Source: an uncultured Actinomycetes bacterium
GTDB lineage: Bacteria; Actinomycetota; UBA4738; JBBDTT01
DNA length: 64,000 bases
Direction of reading: 5' to 3'
Assembly (NCBI GenBank): GCA_963742735.1
Contig: CAVUMN010000002.1
Span: forward strand, 32,001-96,000
Positions 42,259-51,702 of this stretch are shown here, piece after piece. The stretch's first letter is position 1; each line of letters begins with the position of its first letter. Under the pieces are notes generated by a model that saw only the letters and a program-made list of their open reading frames with translations, ran no database searches and was not told where the DNA came from. The position numbers were made by a program, and so were the translations under genes.

Positions 42259-44691
42259 GTGCGGAGATATGACCCGTTCGAGGTCGAGCCCAGGTGGGCC
42301 GAGCGATGGGAGGCCGAGGGCCGCTATCGTGCCGCCGGGCCCGACGACCCGCGTCCGAAGTTCTACGCGCTGGACATGTTCCCGTACCCCTCGGGCGACC
42401 TCCACATGGGCCACGCCGAGGCGTTCGCGATCGGCGACGTGGTCGCCCGCTACCGGGCGCTGCAGGGCCACAACGTGCTGCACCCCATCGGGTGGGACTC
42501 GTTCGGCCTGCCCGCCGAGAACGCCGCGATCAAGCGGGGGACCCACCCCCGCGAGTGGACCTACGCGAACATCGAGCAGCAGGCCGCCTCGTTCAAGGCC
42601 TACGGGATCTCCTTCGACTGGACCCGGCGGCTGCACACGAGCGACCCCGAGTACTACAAGTGGACGCAGTGGCTGTTCCTGAAGCTGCACTCCATGGGGC
42701 TGGCGTACCGGAAGAACGCGCCCGCGAACTGGTGCCCCACCGACCAGACCGTGCTGGCCAACGAGCAGGTGATCAACGGGCTGTGCGAGCGGTGCGACAC
42801 GCCGGTCGTTCGCAAGGACCTGACCCAGTGGTTCTTCAGGATCACCGACTACGCGCAGCGGCTCCTGGACGACATGGCCCAGCTGGAGGACGCCTGGCCC
42901 GAGCGGGTCCTGACCATGCAGCGCAACTGGATCGGGCGGTCCCAGGGCGCCGAGGTGACGTTCGAGATCGCCGAGACCGGCGAGAAGATGCCGGTGTTCA
43001 CCACCCGCCCGGACACGCTGTGGGGGGTCACGTTCTTCGTCCTGGCCCCGGAGCATCCCCGGGTGCTGGAGCTGGCGGCGGCCGGCGGGACGGCCGAGGA
43101 GGTCCGTGCGCTGCTCGACCGGCTGCAGGCCACCCCGCTGACGAACCGTGAGCAGGCCGAGTCCCGGGAGGGCGTGCCACTGGGGGTCCACGCGGTCAAC
43201 CCGGTGAACGGCGAGAAGGTGCCGGTGTTCGTGGCCCCCTACGTGCTGATGGAGTACGGGACGGGCGCGGTGATGGGCGTGCCCGGCCACGACCAGCGCG
43301 ACTTCGAGTTCGCCCGCCGGCACGGCCTGGAGGTGCGGGTGGTCATCGAGCCGAAGGGGTCCGACGAGATCGACCCCGCGACCATGACCGAGGCGTTCCC
43401 GCACGAGGGGGTCATGGTCCGCAGCGGCCCGTTCGACGGGGTGCCCTCGCCGGCCTCGATCGAGACCGTCATCGACTGGCTGGAGCAGGAGGGCAAGGGC
43501 CGGCGCGCGGTGTCGTTCCGGCTGCGGGACTGGCTGATCTCGCGGCAGCGGTACTGGGGCGCGCCGATCCCGATCATCCACTGCCCCGAGCACGGCGAGG
43601 TCCCCGTCCCCGAGCAGGACCTGCCCGTGAAGCTGCCCCACAACGTGGACTTCTCGCCGAAGGGCATCTCGCCGCTGGCGACGGCCGAGGAGTTCGTGAA
43701 CGTCACGTGTCCGGTGTGCGGCGCGGCCGCGAAGCGGGAGACCGACACGATGGACACGTTCGTGGACTCCTCCTGGTACTTCCTGCGCTACCTGTCGCCG
43801 GGCGCCGAGGACCAGCCGTTCGACCCCGAGCAGGCGGCGCGCTGGATGCCGGTCGACCAGTACACCGGCGGGGTCGAGCACGCGATCCTGCACCTGCTGT
43901 ATTCGCGGTTCTTCGCGAAGGCGCTGTTCGACGCCGGGCTGGTGAGCTTCACCGAGCCGTTCACGCGGCTGCAGAACCAGGGCCAGGTGATCATGGGCGG
44001 CGCGGCGATGAGCAAGAGCCGGGGCAACCTGGTCGAGTTCGCCGACGAGCGGGCGAAGTGGGGCGCGGACGTGGTGCGGCTGTCGATGCTGTTCGCCTCG
44101 CCGCCCGAGGACGACGTGGACTGGGCGACCGTCTCGGCCGACGGCGTGCGGTCGTGGGTGGGCCGGGTGTGGCGGGCCGTGAACGAGGCGGCCGGGCTCG
44201 CCGGTGCGATGTCGGACGAGCTGACGAAGTTCATGCACCACGCCACGGCGCGGGTCACCGAGGACCTGGACCGGTTCAAGTACAACACCGCGATCGCGCG
44301 GCTGATGGAGCTGACCACCGAGGTCGGGCGGGCGGCCCGGGCGGGCGAGCCCTCGAGGGAGGCGGCCGAGCGGCTCTCGCTGATGCTGGCGCCGTTCGCG
44401 CCCTTCCTGGCCGAGGAGCTGTGGCGCGAGGTCCTCGGCCACGACGAGAGCGTTCACGCGGCCCGGTGGCCGGAGTTCGACGCGGAGCTGGCCGCGCCCG
44501 AGGTGGTGACGATGGTGGTGCAGGTCGACGGCAAGGTCCGCGACCGCATCGAGGTCCCTCCCGACATCGCCGAGGAGGCTGCCGTGGCCACCGCCCGCGA
44601 GTCCGAGAACGCGATCCGCTACCTGCAGGGCCGCGAGATCGTGAAGGTCATCGCGCGCCCGCCCCGGCTGGTCAACTTCGTCACCCGCTAG
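42259..44691 (+). CDS. leuS: Leucine-tRNA ligase
   Basis: [20 protein letters not shown] editing domain, [16 protein letters not shown]. Confidence 0.97.
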   Translation: MRRYDPFEVEPRWAERWEAEGRYRAAGPDDPRPKFYALDMFPYPSGDLHMGHAEAFAIGDVVARYRALQGHNVLHPIGWDSFGLPAENAAIKRGTHPREWTYANIEQQAASFKAYGISFDWTRRLHTSDPEYYKWTQWLFLKLHSMGLAYRKNAPANWCPTDQTVLANEQVINGLCERCDTPVVRKDLTQWFFRITDYAQRLLDDMAQLEDAWPERVLTMQRNWIGRSQGAEVTFEIAETGEKMPVFTTRPDTLWGVTFFVLAPEHPRVLELAAAGGTAEEVRALLDRLQATPLTNREQAESREGVPLGVHAVNPVNGEKVPVFVAPYVLMEYGTGAVMGVPGHDQRDFEFARRHGLEVRVVIEPKGSDEIDPATMTEAFPHEGVMVRSGPFDGVPSPASIETVIDWLEQEGKGRRAVSFRLRDWLISRQRYWGAPIPIIHCPEHGEVPVPEQDLPVKLPHNVDFSPKGISPLATAEEFVNVTCPVCGAAAKRETDTMDTFVDSSWYFLRYLSPGAEDQPFDPEQAARWMPVDQYTGGVEHAILHLLYSRFFAKALFDAGLVSFTEPFTRLQNQGQVIMGGAAMSKSRGNLVEFADERAKWGADVVRLSMLFASPPEDDVDWATVSADGVRSWVGRVWRAVNEAAGLAGAMSDELTKFMHHATARVTEDLDRFKYNTAIARLMELTTEVGRAARAGEPSREAAERLSLMLAPFAPFLAEELWREVLGHDESVHAARWPEFDAELAAPEVVTMVVQVDGKVRDRIEVPPDIAEEAAVATARESENAIRYLQGREIVKVIARPPRLVNFVTR

Positions 44692-44714
44692 TCCGGGAGC
44701 TTCTCCTCTCTCCG

Positions 44715-44736
44715 TGTCACTGGGTCGCGCTAGCCT
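44715..44736 (+). promoter_or_regulatory. RecA-NDp/PafBC-like promoter TGTCAC-N10-TAGCCT upstream of comEA
   Basis: Matches TGTC(R)N-N10-TAnnnT spacing of the actinobacterial LexA-independent DNA-damage promoter. Confidence 0.5.
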
Positions 44737-44777
44737 GCGCGGCGTTCCTCCCCCGGGGATCGTTCGGGGGTCGTCGC

Positions 44778-45389
44778 GTGGAGGAACCGCTTCGTGAGCG
44801 GCTGGGCGACTGGGTCGCCGCGCTCGGCCGCCGCCAGCTGATCGGGCTCGCCTGCGTCGCGGTCGTGACCGTGGGCGGGGCCGCGCTGTGGTACGTGCGG
44901 TCGCTGCCCCGGGCGGTCGCGGTCACCCCGGCCGTGGCGCCCTCCGCGGTGGCCCGCGCGTCGCCGACTCCGCCGGCCCTGGTCGTGCACGTGGCCGGAT
45001 GGGTCCGGCATCCGGGCGTCTACGAGTTCGCCGAGGGCTCCCGGGTGGTCGACGCCATCGAACGCGCCGGCGGGGCGAAGCAGGGGGCCGACCTGGCGGC
45101 GCTGAACCTCGCCGCGCTGCTCAGCGACGGCCAGCAGGTCCTGGTCCCGCGGCGCGGTCCGCCAGGTTCCACCGCGGGCACGGGCGTCGCTGCGAACGGC
45201 CTCATCAACATCAACACGGCCACGGCCGAGCAGCTCGAGGAGCTGCCGGGGATCGGGCCCGTCCTGGCCCAGAACATCGTCGACTACCGGACCGAGCACG
45301 GACCGTTCGCCACGGTGGAGGACCTCATGAACGTGAGCGGGATCGGGGAGGCTCGCCTGGAGGAGCTCCGGGACAAGGTGACCGTGTGA
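44778..45389 (+). CDS. comEA: Competence DNA-binding protein ComEA
   Basis: TM, VHVAG.V..PGVY SLBB domain, ININTA....LEELPGIGP HhH. Confidence 0.93.
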   Translation: MEEPLRERLGDWVAALGRRQLIGLACVAVVTVGGAALWYVRSLPRAVAVTPAVAPSAVARASPTPPALVVHVAGWVRHPGVYEFAEGSRVVDAIERAGGAKQGADLAALNLAALLSDGQQVLVPRRGPPGSTAGTGVAANGLININTATAEQLEELPGIGPVLAQNIVDYRTEHGPFATVEDLMNVSGIGEARLEELRDKVTV

Positions 45390-47830
45390 GCGGGGCCTGG
45401 CTGGCCCCGGTCGCGGCCGGGGCGTTCTGGGCCGGCATCCTTGCGGCGGCCGGGGCGGGGCTCCGGGGTGGCTGGGCGTGGGCCGCGCTGGTGGCGGGCT
45501 GCGCGATGACCTCGGCCGCGGCGCTGCTGGTCGTGTACTCCGGGCCGGACGGGGAGCCGCTGTTGCGCGGCGCCGGGTTGCTTCCGCCGGTCGAGGCCGA
45601 GGGGCATCGGGGACGGGTGCTGGGAGCGGTCCGCGGCGTCCCGGCGCCTCCCGGACCGCGCTCGTCGGTGGCGGCGTCCCTGTTGCTGGCGGTGGTCGGG
45701 ATGTCGCTGCTCGGGGCGGGGTGGTTCTCGGTGCGCGACTCGGCCTCGGGGCGGTCGGTCCTGGCGGGGATCGGCGGATACGTGCGGGCCGAGGGGGTGA
45801 TGTCGACCGACCCGCAGATCGGGCCGTTCGGGTGGTCGGCCCGGGCGCGCCTCGAGCGGGTGGCGTCGGACGCGGGAGCGTGGCGGGTCCACGAGCCCGT
45901 GTGGCTGCAGGGTCGCGGGCCGCCGCCGCCCGTCGAGCTGGGGGACCGGGTGCGGCTCTCCGGCGCGGCCGGCGAGATCCCCACGGGCGACTTCGGTGAG
46001 TACTTGCGTACGCAAGGAATCGCCGCGACGCTCCGCGTATCGGAGGTCGAGCGGACCGCTCCGCCGGCCAACCCGCTGCTTCGCGCGGCCAACGCGGTCC
46101 GCAACGCGCTGCGCCGGGCGGCGCTGGAGCTGTGGCCGGAGCGACGGGCCGGGCTGTTCCTCGGCCTCGCCCTGGGCGACACGTCTCGCCTGGATCCCGG
46201 GCTGGAGGAGGACTTCCGGGCCACCGGCCTCGGACACCTCCTCGCGGTGAGCGGCTCGAACGTGGCGATGTTCCTCGGCCCCATCCTGATGGTGGCGGGG
46301 GCGGCGCGCGCCGGGCGACGGACCCGGTTCGTGGTGGGGATCGGGTCCGTGGCGTTCTTCGCGCTGCTGACTCGGGCCGAGCCGTCGGTCCTGCGCGCCT
46401 CGGTCATGGCCGGGCTGGTCCTGGTCGGGGTCTTCCTCGGTCGGGCCCGGTCGACCCCGGCCGTGATGGGGACGGCCATCCTGATCCTGCTGGCGTTCGA
46501 TCCGCGGCTGGCGTCGGCACTCGGGTTCCAGCTGTCGGTGGCGGCGACGGCGGGGATGGTCGCGTTCGCCACGCCCATCGCCGACCGGATCCCCGGGCCG
46601 AGGGCGGTGGCGATCGCCACAGGGGCGACCCTCGGGGCGCAGGCGGCGGTGACCCCGCTCCTGTTGTTTCGGTTCCACGTCGTGCCCACCGTGGCGCTGC
46701 CGGCGAACGTGCTGGCGTTTCCCGCCGTCGCGCCGGCCATGCTGGTCGGCCTGGCGGCGGCGGGGCTGTGGCTCGTCTGGCCGCCGGCGGGGGAGGCCCT
46801 CGCCTCGGTCGCGAACATGCCGATGGCCTACCTCTCCGGCGTGGCCGACCGGATGGCGACGGCGCCGCTGCCCTCGCTGACCTCCGACGGGGGGCTGGAC
46901 GCGTTCGTCCTCGGGATGGCCGTCCTGGCCTGGCTCGCCTTCAGGGTGCATCGGGCTCGCCGGCCGCGGACGCGCGACCCGGGCCGGCGGCGGGGGATCG
47001 CGGCGGCGGTCGTCATGGCCGTGGCGCTGCCCGCGCTGGTGTGGGGCCGCGCGCTGCGGGCCGGGCCGCCGGGGTCGCTCGAGGTCGTCTTCTTCGACGT
47101 CGGGCAAGGCGACGCGGCCCTGGTCCGCTCGCCCCAGGGCGCCGCGGTGCTGATCGACGCAGGCCCCGAACCCGACCAGGTCGCGGCCGAGCTCGCCGCC
47201 GAGGGCGTCCACCGGCTCGACGTGGTGATCGCCACTCACGCTCACGCCGACCACGTCGCGGGATTCCCCGCGGTGCTTGCCCGGTTCCCCGTGGGGCTGA
47301 TGCTGGAGCCCGGATGCGGCGGCGAGTCGCCGGCGTACGAGGACCTGGTCCGCGCCCTGAGGGACGAGGAGATCACGCCGGCGCATCCACGGCCGGGCGA
47401 CGCCTACCGGGTGGCCGACCTGCGCATCGACGTCCTCGGCCCGCCGGCCTGCTTCCGGGGGACCGAGTCCGACGAGAACAACGACTCGATCGTCGTTCGG
47501 ATCTCGGCCGGCCCGGCGACCGTGCTGTTCACCGGCGACGTCGAGGAGCCCGCGCAGCTGGCGATCCTGGAGGCGGGGGTCGACGTCCGGGCCGCGGTCC
47601 TGAAGGTGCCGCACCACGGCGGCGGGACGTCCATGGACGAGTTCCTGCTCGAGGTGCACGCCGCGCTCGCCGTGGTCAGCGTCGGCGCCGGCAACGACTA
47701 CGGGCACCCGGTGGAGTCGGTGCTGGTGACCCTTCGCGCCGCGGGCGCCCAGGTGGTGCGCACCGACCAGGCCGGAGAGGTGGTGGTTCGGTTCGGCCCC
47801 GACGGGCCGTACGTAGAATCGCCTCCGTGA
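45386..47830 (+). CDS. comEC: DNA uptake protein ComEC/Rec2
   Basis: GL.HLLAVSGSNV, PSVLRA, GFQLSV, DVGQGDA, THAHADH, LKVPHHG, NDYGHP. Confidence 0.95.
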   Translation: MSGAWLAPVAAGAFWAGILAAAGAGLRGGWAWAALVAGCAMTSAAALLVVYSGPDGEPLLRGAGLLPPVEAEGHRGRVLGAVRGVPAPPGPRSSVAASLLLAVVGMSLLGAGWFSVRDSASGRSVLAGIGGYVRAEGVMSTDPQIGPFGWSARARLERVASDAGAWRVHEPVWLQGRGPPPPVELGDRVRLSGAAGEIPTGDFGEYLRTQGIAATLRVSEVERTAPPANPLLRAANAVRNALRRAALELWPERRAGLFLGLALGDTSRLDPGLEEDFRATGLGHLLAVSGSNVAMFLGPILMVAGAARAGRRTRFVVGIGSVAFFALLTRAEPSVLRASVMAGLVLVGVFLGRARSTPAVMGTAILILLAFDPRLASALGFQLSVAATAGMVAFATPIADRIPGPRAVAIATGATLGAQAAVTPLLLFRFHVVPTVALPANVLAFPAVAPAMLVGLAAAGLWLVWPPAGEALASVANMPMAYLSGVADRMATAPLPSLTSDGGLDAFVLGMAVLAWLAFRVHRARRPRTRDPGRRRGIAAAVVMAVALPALVWGRALRAGPPGSLEVVFFDVGQGDAALVRSPQGAAVLIDAGPEPDQVAAELAAEGVHRLDVVIATHAHADHVAGFPAVLARFPVGLMLEPGCGGESPAYEDLVRALRDEEITPAHPRPGDAYRVADLRIDVLGPPACFRGTESDENNDSIVVRISAGPATVLFTGDVEEPAQLAILEAGVDVRAAVLKVPHHGGGTSMDEFLLEVHAALAVVSVGAGNDYGHPVESVLVTLRAAGAQVVRTDQAGEVVVRFGPDGPYVESPP

Positions 47831-48801
47831 CGGGCGCGCCGATCCGGCTGCTGTGGGGGGAGGACTCGTTCCTCGTCCGGGAGGCGGCGATCGAGGCCCT
47901 CGACGGCATCCAGCCCCGCGAGGTCGACGGCGCCGACTGGTCCGGCGGCGAGACGGCCGACCTGGCCACGCCCTCGCTGTTCGGCGAGCCGCGCGCCCTG
48001 CTGATCACGAACTGCCAGGACCTGACCGACGAGGGTCTCCGCGAGCTGCGGACGTACGTGCTCTCGCCCTCGCCCGACGCGACCCTGGTCGTCACCGGCC
48101 GGGGGATCAAGGCCGCGCCGCCGATCGCCAAGGACTTCGAGAAGGCCGGGTTCAAGCCCGAACGCATCGAGCTGGCCCGCAAGGAGCTCTCCGGCTGGCT
48201 GGTCAAGCGGGCCCGGGCCCGGGACATCCAGCTCCGCGCGCCGGCGGCGAACACCCTGGTCGAGCTGATCGGGGAGAGCCCGGCCGAGCTCGACCGCGCC
48301 GTGGACCAGATGGCGGCGGCGTTCCCCGGCCGGCCCATCGAGCCCGCGCTGGTCGAGCGCCAGTTCCGGGGGCTCGGCGACCACAAGACCTGGGAGGTGT
48401 GCGACAAGGCGTTCGGCGGCGACCTGTCGGGCGCGATCCGGGCGCTGCAGGCGATGCTCGCCGGTCGGGAGGAGCCGCTGGTGATCCTCGGCGGCATCGC
48501 CGCCCGGGTCCGCGACCTCCAGCGCGTCGCCGCGGTCCCCGCCGACGTGCAGCCGAAGGACGCCGCGCGGATGGCGGGCCTCCGGTTCGAGTGGCAGTTC
48601 AAGCGCTACCGCGACACCGCCCGCCGCCAGCCGCCCGGGGCGCTCGCGTCGCTGCACCTGGCCGTGGCCAACGCCGACCGCGCGTTGAAGAACGGCGCCG
48701 GCGGCGACGTGGTCCTGCCGATGCTCCTCGCCCGCATCGCCGGCGAGGTCCCCGCCGACGCCCCCATCGAGGTCGGCTCGGTCGCCCGCGCCCTTCGCTG
48801 A
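47827..48801 (+). CDS. holA: DNA polymerase III subunit delta
   Basis: LLWGED.FL, ATPSLFG, conserved comEC-holA synteny; TAGAAT-7nt-GTG. Confidence 0.88.
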   Translation: MTGAPIRLLWGEDSFLVREAAIEALDGIQPREVDGADWSGGETADLATPSLFGEPRALLITNCQDLTDEGLRELRTYVLSPSPDATLVVTGRGIKAAPPIAKDFEKAGFKPERIELARKELSGWLVKRARARDIQLRAPAANTLVELIGESPAELDRAVDQMAAAFPGRPIEPALVERQFRGLGDHKTWEVCDKAFGGDLSGAIRALQAMLAGREEPLVILGGIAARVRDLQRVAAVPADVQPKDAARMAGLRFEWQFKRYRDTARRQPPGALASLHLAVANADRALKNGAGGDVVLPMLLARIAGEVPADAPIEVGSVARALR

Positions 48802-48888
48802 GCCCGCCCGAGCCGGGTGTGAGGCGCGCCACGGTGTGGTCGGAATCCGGCGTCTAGAATCGCGCTCCCGAAAGGACGAGTACGCCCC

Positions 48889-49773
48889 ATGGCCCCAGCC
48901 CCGCCCGTCAGGATCGTCACGGACACCACCGGCTACCTGCCGCAGGAGCTGGTTACCGAGCATGGGATCGAGCTCGTCTCTCTCTACTACTCCTTCGACG
49001 GCGCCGAGTGGCTGAAGGAGGACGACGTCGTGGACGGCGACTGGGGGCCGTTCTACGAACGGCTCACCTCGTCCCCGGGTCTGCCCACCACGCGGCCGCC
49101 CGAGGTCGAGGACTTCCGCGCGGTCTACGAGCCGATCCTGGCGACCGGCGCCGGCATCGTCTCGCTCCACATCTCCTCGGGCCTCTCCGAGACCTGCGCG
49201 CACGCCCGCAAGGCCGGCGAGCAGCTCGCCGACGAGGGGCTGGGCGCGGAGCGCATCCTGGTCGTGGACGCCGCGTGCACGGGCGGCCAGCAGGGCTTGC
49301 TGGCGCTGGCGGCCGCGCGGGCGGCGGAGGGGGGCGCCGACGCCGAGGCGGTGGCCGACCACGTCCGGCGGGCCCGTCTGGAGGCCCGGAGCTGGTTCAC
49401 GCTGGACACCCTGGAGTTCCTCAAGCGCGGCGGACGGATCGGCGGCGGCGCGGCGTGGCTCGGCTCGACCCTGAGGATCAAGCCCATCCTGACCATCCAG
49501 TCCGAGGTCCACGCGGTTGAGCGCGTCCGAACCCGCGAGCGCGCCGTCGAGCGCCTCATCGAGTTCGGCCGCGAGCTGCACGCCGGCGGCGCCGACGGGT
49601 ACTGCGTACAGCACGCTCGCTGCGAGCCGGAGGCCCGCCACGTCGTCGACCGGCTTTCGGAGGTCTACGAGCGCCCGCCCGTGTTCGTGGGGGAGATGGG
49701 CCCGGTCCTGGGGACCCATGGCGGGCCGGGGTTCCTGGGCGTCGCCGGGTTACCATCCGGCTTCCTCGAGTAG
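48889..49773 (+). CDS. DegV/FakB-family fatty-acid-binding protein, copy 1
   Basis: IVTDTT.YLP, LHISSGLS, DTLEFLKRGGRIG, IKPIL, GTHGGPG. Confidence 0.93.
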   Translation: MAPAPPVRIVTDTTGYLPQELVTEHGIELVSLYYSFDGAEWLKEDDVVDGDWGPFYERLTSSPGLPTTRPPEVEDFRAVYEPILATGAGIVSLHISSGLSETCAHARKAGEQLADEGLGAERILVVDAACTGGQQGLLALAAARAAEGGADAEAVADHVRRARLEARSWFTLDTLEFLKRGGRIGGGAAWLGSTLRIKPILTIQSEVHAVERVRTRERAVERLIEFGRELHAGGADGYCVQHARCEPEARHVVDRLSEVYERPPVFVGEMGPVLGTHGGPGFLGVAGLPSGFLE

Positions 49774-49792
49774 CCATGGAGAGCCCCAAGCC

Positions 49793-50671
49793 ATGACGAC
49801 GCCGGTCACGGTGGTCACCGACACCACGGCCTACCTGCCGCGCGAGACGGTGGACAAGCACGGCCTGCGCGTGATCTCCCTCTACTACTCGTTCGGCAAC
49901 GACGAGTGGATCAAGGAGAGCGACCACGACGGCGGCGACTGGGGATCGTTCTACGAGCGCCTGTCGAGCTCCGACACCCTCCCCACCACCCAGCCCCCCA
50001 CGGTCGAGGACTTCCGTGCGGTCTACGAGCCCCTCCTGGCGGAGGGCGGAAGCGTGGTCTCGATCCACCTGTCGTCGGTGCTGTCGGAGACGTGCGCCAA
50101 CGCCCGCAAGGCGGTGGAGGAGCTCACCGAGGCCAGCCGGGGCGGGGACCGAGTCCGGGTGATCGACTCGGCGAGCACCGCGGTCCAGGAAGGGCTGTTG
50201 GCCCTGGCCGCGGCGCATGCCGCCGGGGAGGGCAAGGACGCGGACTCGGTCACGGAGGTGATCCGGTCCGCGCGGGCCGAGGCCAAGAACTGGTTCGTGC
50301 TCGACACCCTGGAGTACCTGAAGCGCGGCGGCCGGATCGGCGGCGCGACGGCGTGGATGGGGTCGGCGCTGCAGGTGAAGCCGGTCTTGACCCTCGAGTC
50401 GGGGATCCGCGCGGTGGAGCGCGTTCGGACGGCCGACAAGGCGTTCGTGCGCCTGGTCGAGTACGGCCACCAGCTCCACGGCGCCGGGGCCGACGCGTGG
50501 GCCGTGCAGCACTCCCGGCGGGAGGACGACGCCCGCAAGCTGATCGACCGCCTCTCCCACGTGTTCGGCCGCGCGCCCGAGTTCGTCTCCGAGGTAGGCC
50601 CGGTCATCGGGACGCACGCCGGTCCGGGCGCGTTCGGCCTCGGTGGCATCCCCTCCAGGTTCCTCGGCTAG
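49793..50671 (+). CDS. DegV/FakB-family protein, copy 2
   Basis: Same motifs (DTLEYLKRGGRIG, GTHAGPG). Confidence 0.93.
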   Translation: MTTPVTVVTDTTAYLPRETVDKHGLRVISLYYSFGNDEWIKESDHDGGDWGSFYERLSSSDTLPTTQPPTVEDFRAVYEPLLAEGGSVVSIHLSSVLSETCANARKAVEELTEASRGGDRVRVIDSASTAVQEGLLALAAAHAAGEGKDADSVTEVIRSARAEAKNWFVLDTLEYLKRGGRIGGATAWMGSALQVKPVLTLESGIRAVERVRTADKAFVRLVEYGHQLHGAGADAWAVQHSRREDDARKLIDRLSHVFGRAPEFVSEVGPVIGTHAGPGAFGLGGIPSRFLG

Positions 50672-50819
50672 CTCTCCAGAAAGAGACCAGGGTCACAGTG
50701 TGCTCAAGGTCGGTCACTCTTCCCGTTCCGTACGGGCAGGACTAGAATGTGCTTGGTTCGAAGTAACTAGTCACCCGACACAGGAGCGCCCCGATGATCG
50801 AGCCACGCGAGGTCCCATC

Positions 50820-51698
50820 GTGACCTCGCCCGTCACGGTCGTCACCGACAGCACGGCCTACCTCCCGCGCGAGCTCATCGCCAAGCACGGGATCGAGCTC
50901 ATCTCCCTGTACTACAGCTTCGACGGCGTCGAGTGGCTGAAGGAGGGCGACGTCGAGGGCGAGGACTGGGGCCCGTTCTACGATCGCCTGGTCGCGTCCG
51001 AGACGATGCCGACCACCCGGCCCCCGCACGTCGAGGACTTCCGCGCGCTGTACGAGCCGATCCTGGCCGAGGGGCGAAGCATCGTCTCGATCCATCTGTC
51101 CTCCGGGCTGTCCGAGACGTGCGACCACGCGCGCAAGGCCGTGGAGGAGCTCACCGAGGAGGGCCTCGGCGGGGAGCGGGTGCACGTGGTCGACTCGGCG
51201 AGCGCGTGCCTGCAGCAGGCTCTGCTCGTGCTGGTTGCCGCCCACGCCGCGGCCGAGGGAGGCGACCCCGACACGGTCTTCGACCAGGTCCGCCGGGCCC
51301 GGGTCGAGGCGCGCAACTGGTTCGCCCTCGACACGCTCGAGTTCCTGAAGCGCGGCGGCCGGGTCGGCGGCGCCGCGGCCTGGCTGGGCTCGACGCTGAA
51401 GATCAAGCCCATCCTGACCGTGGAGTCGGAGATCAAGGCCGTCGAACGGGTGCGAACCTCCGACCGCGCGTTCGAGCGCCTGATCGAGTGCGGGCGCCAG
51501 CTCCACGGCGCGGGCGCGGACGCCTACGTCGTCCAGCACGCCCGCGCGGGGAAGGAGGCGCAGGTCCTGAGCGAGCGGCTGCACGAGGTCTTCGGCAGGC
51601 CGCCGGTGATGATGTCTGAGGTCGGGCCGGTCATCGGCACGCACACGGGGCCGGGACTGCTCGGCGTGGGCGGACTCCCGTCCAGATTCCTGGAGTAG
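50820..51698 (+). CDS. DegV/FakB-family protein, copy 3
   Basis: Same motifs (DTLEFLKRGGRVG, GTHTGPG); own TAGAAT -10 at 50743-50748. Confidence 0.93.
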   Translation: MTSPVTVVTDSTAYLPRELIAKHGIELISLYYSFDGVEWLKEGDVEGEDWGPFYDRLVASETMPTTRPPHVEDFRALYEPILAEGRSIVSIHLSSGLSETCDHARKAVEELTEEGLGGERVHVVDSASACLQQALLVLVAAHAAAEGGDPDTVFDQVRRARVEARNWFALDTLEFLKRGGRVGGAAAWLGSTLKIKPILTVESEIKAVERVRTSDRAFERLIECGRQLHGAGADAYVVQHARAGKEAQVLSERLHEVFGRPPVMMSEVGPVIGTHTGPGLLGVGGLPSRFLE

Positions 51699-51702
51699 GG
51701 CG

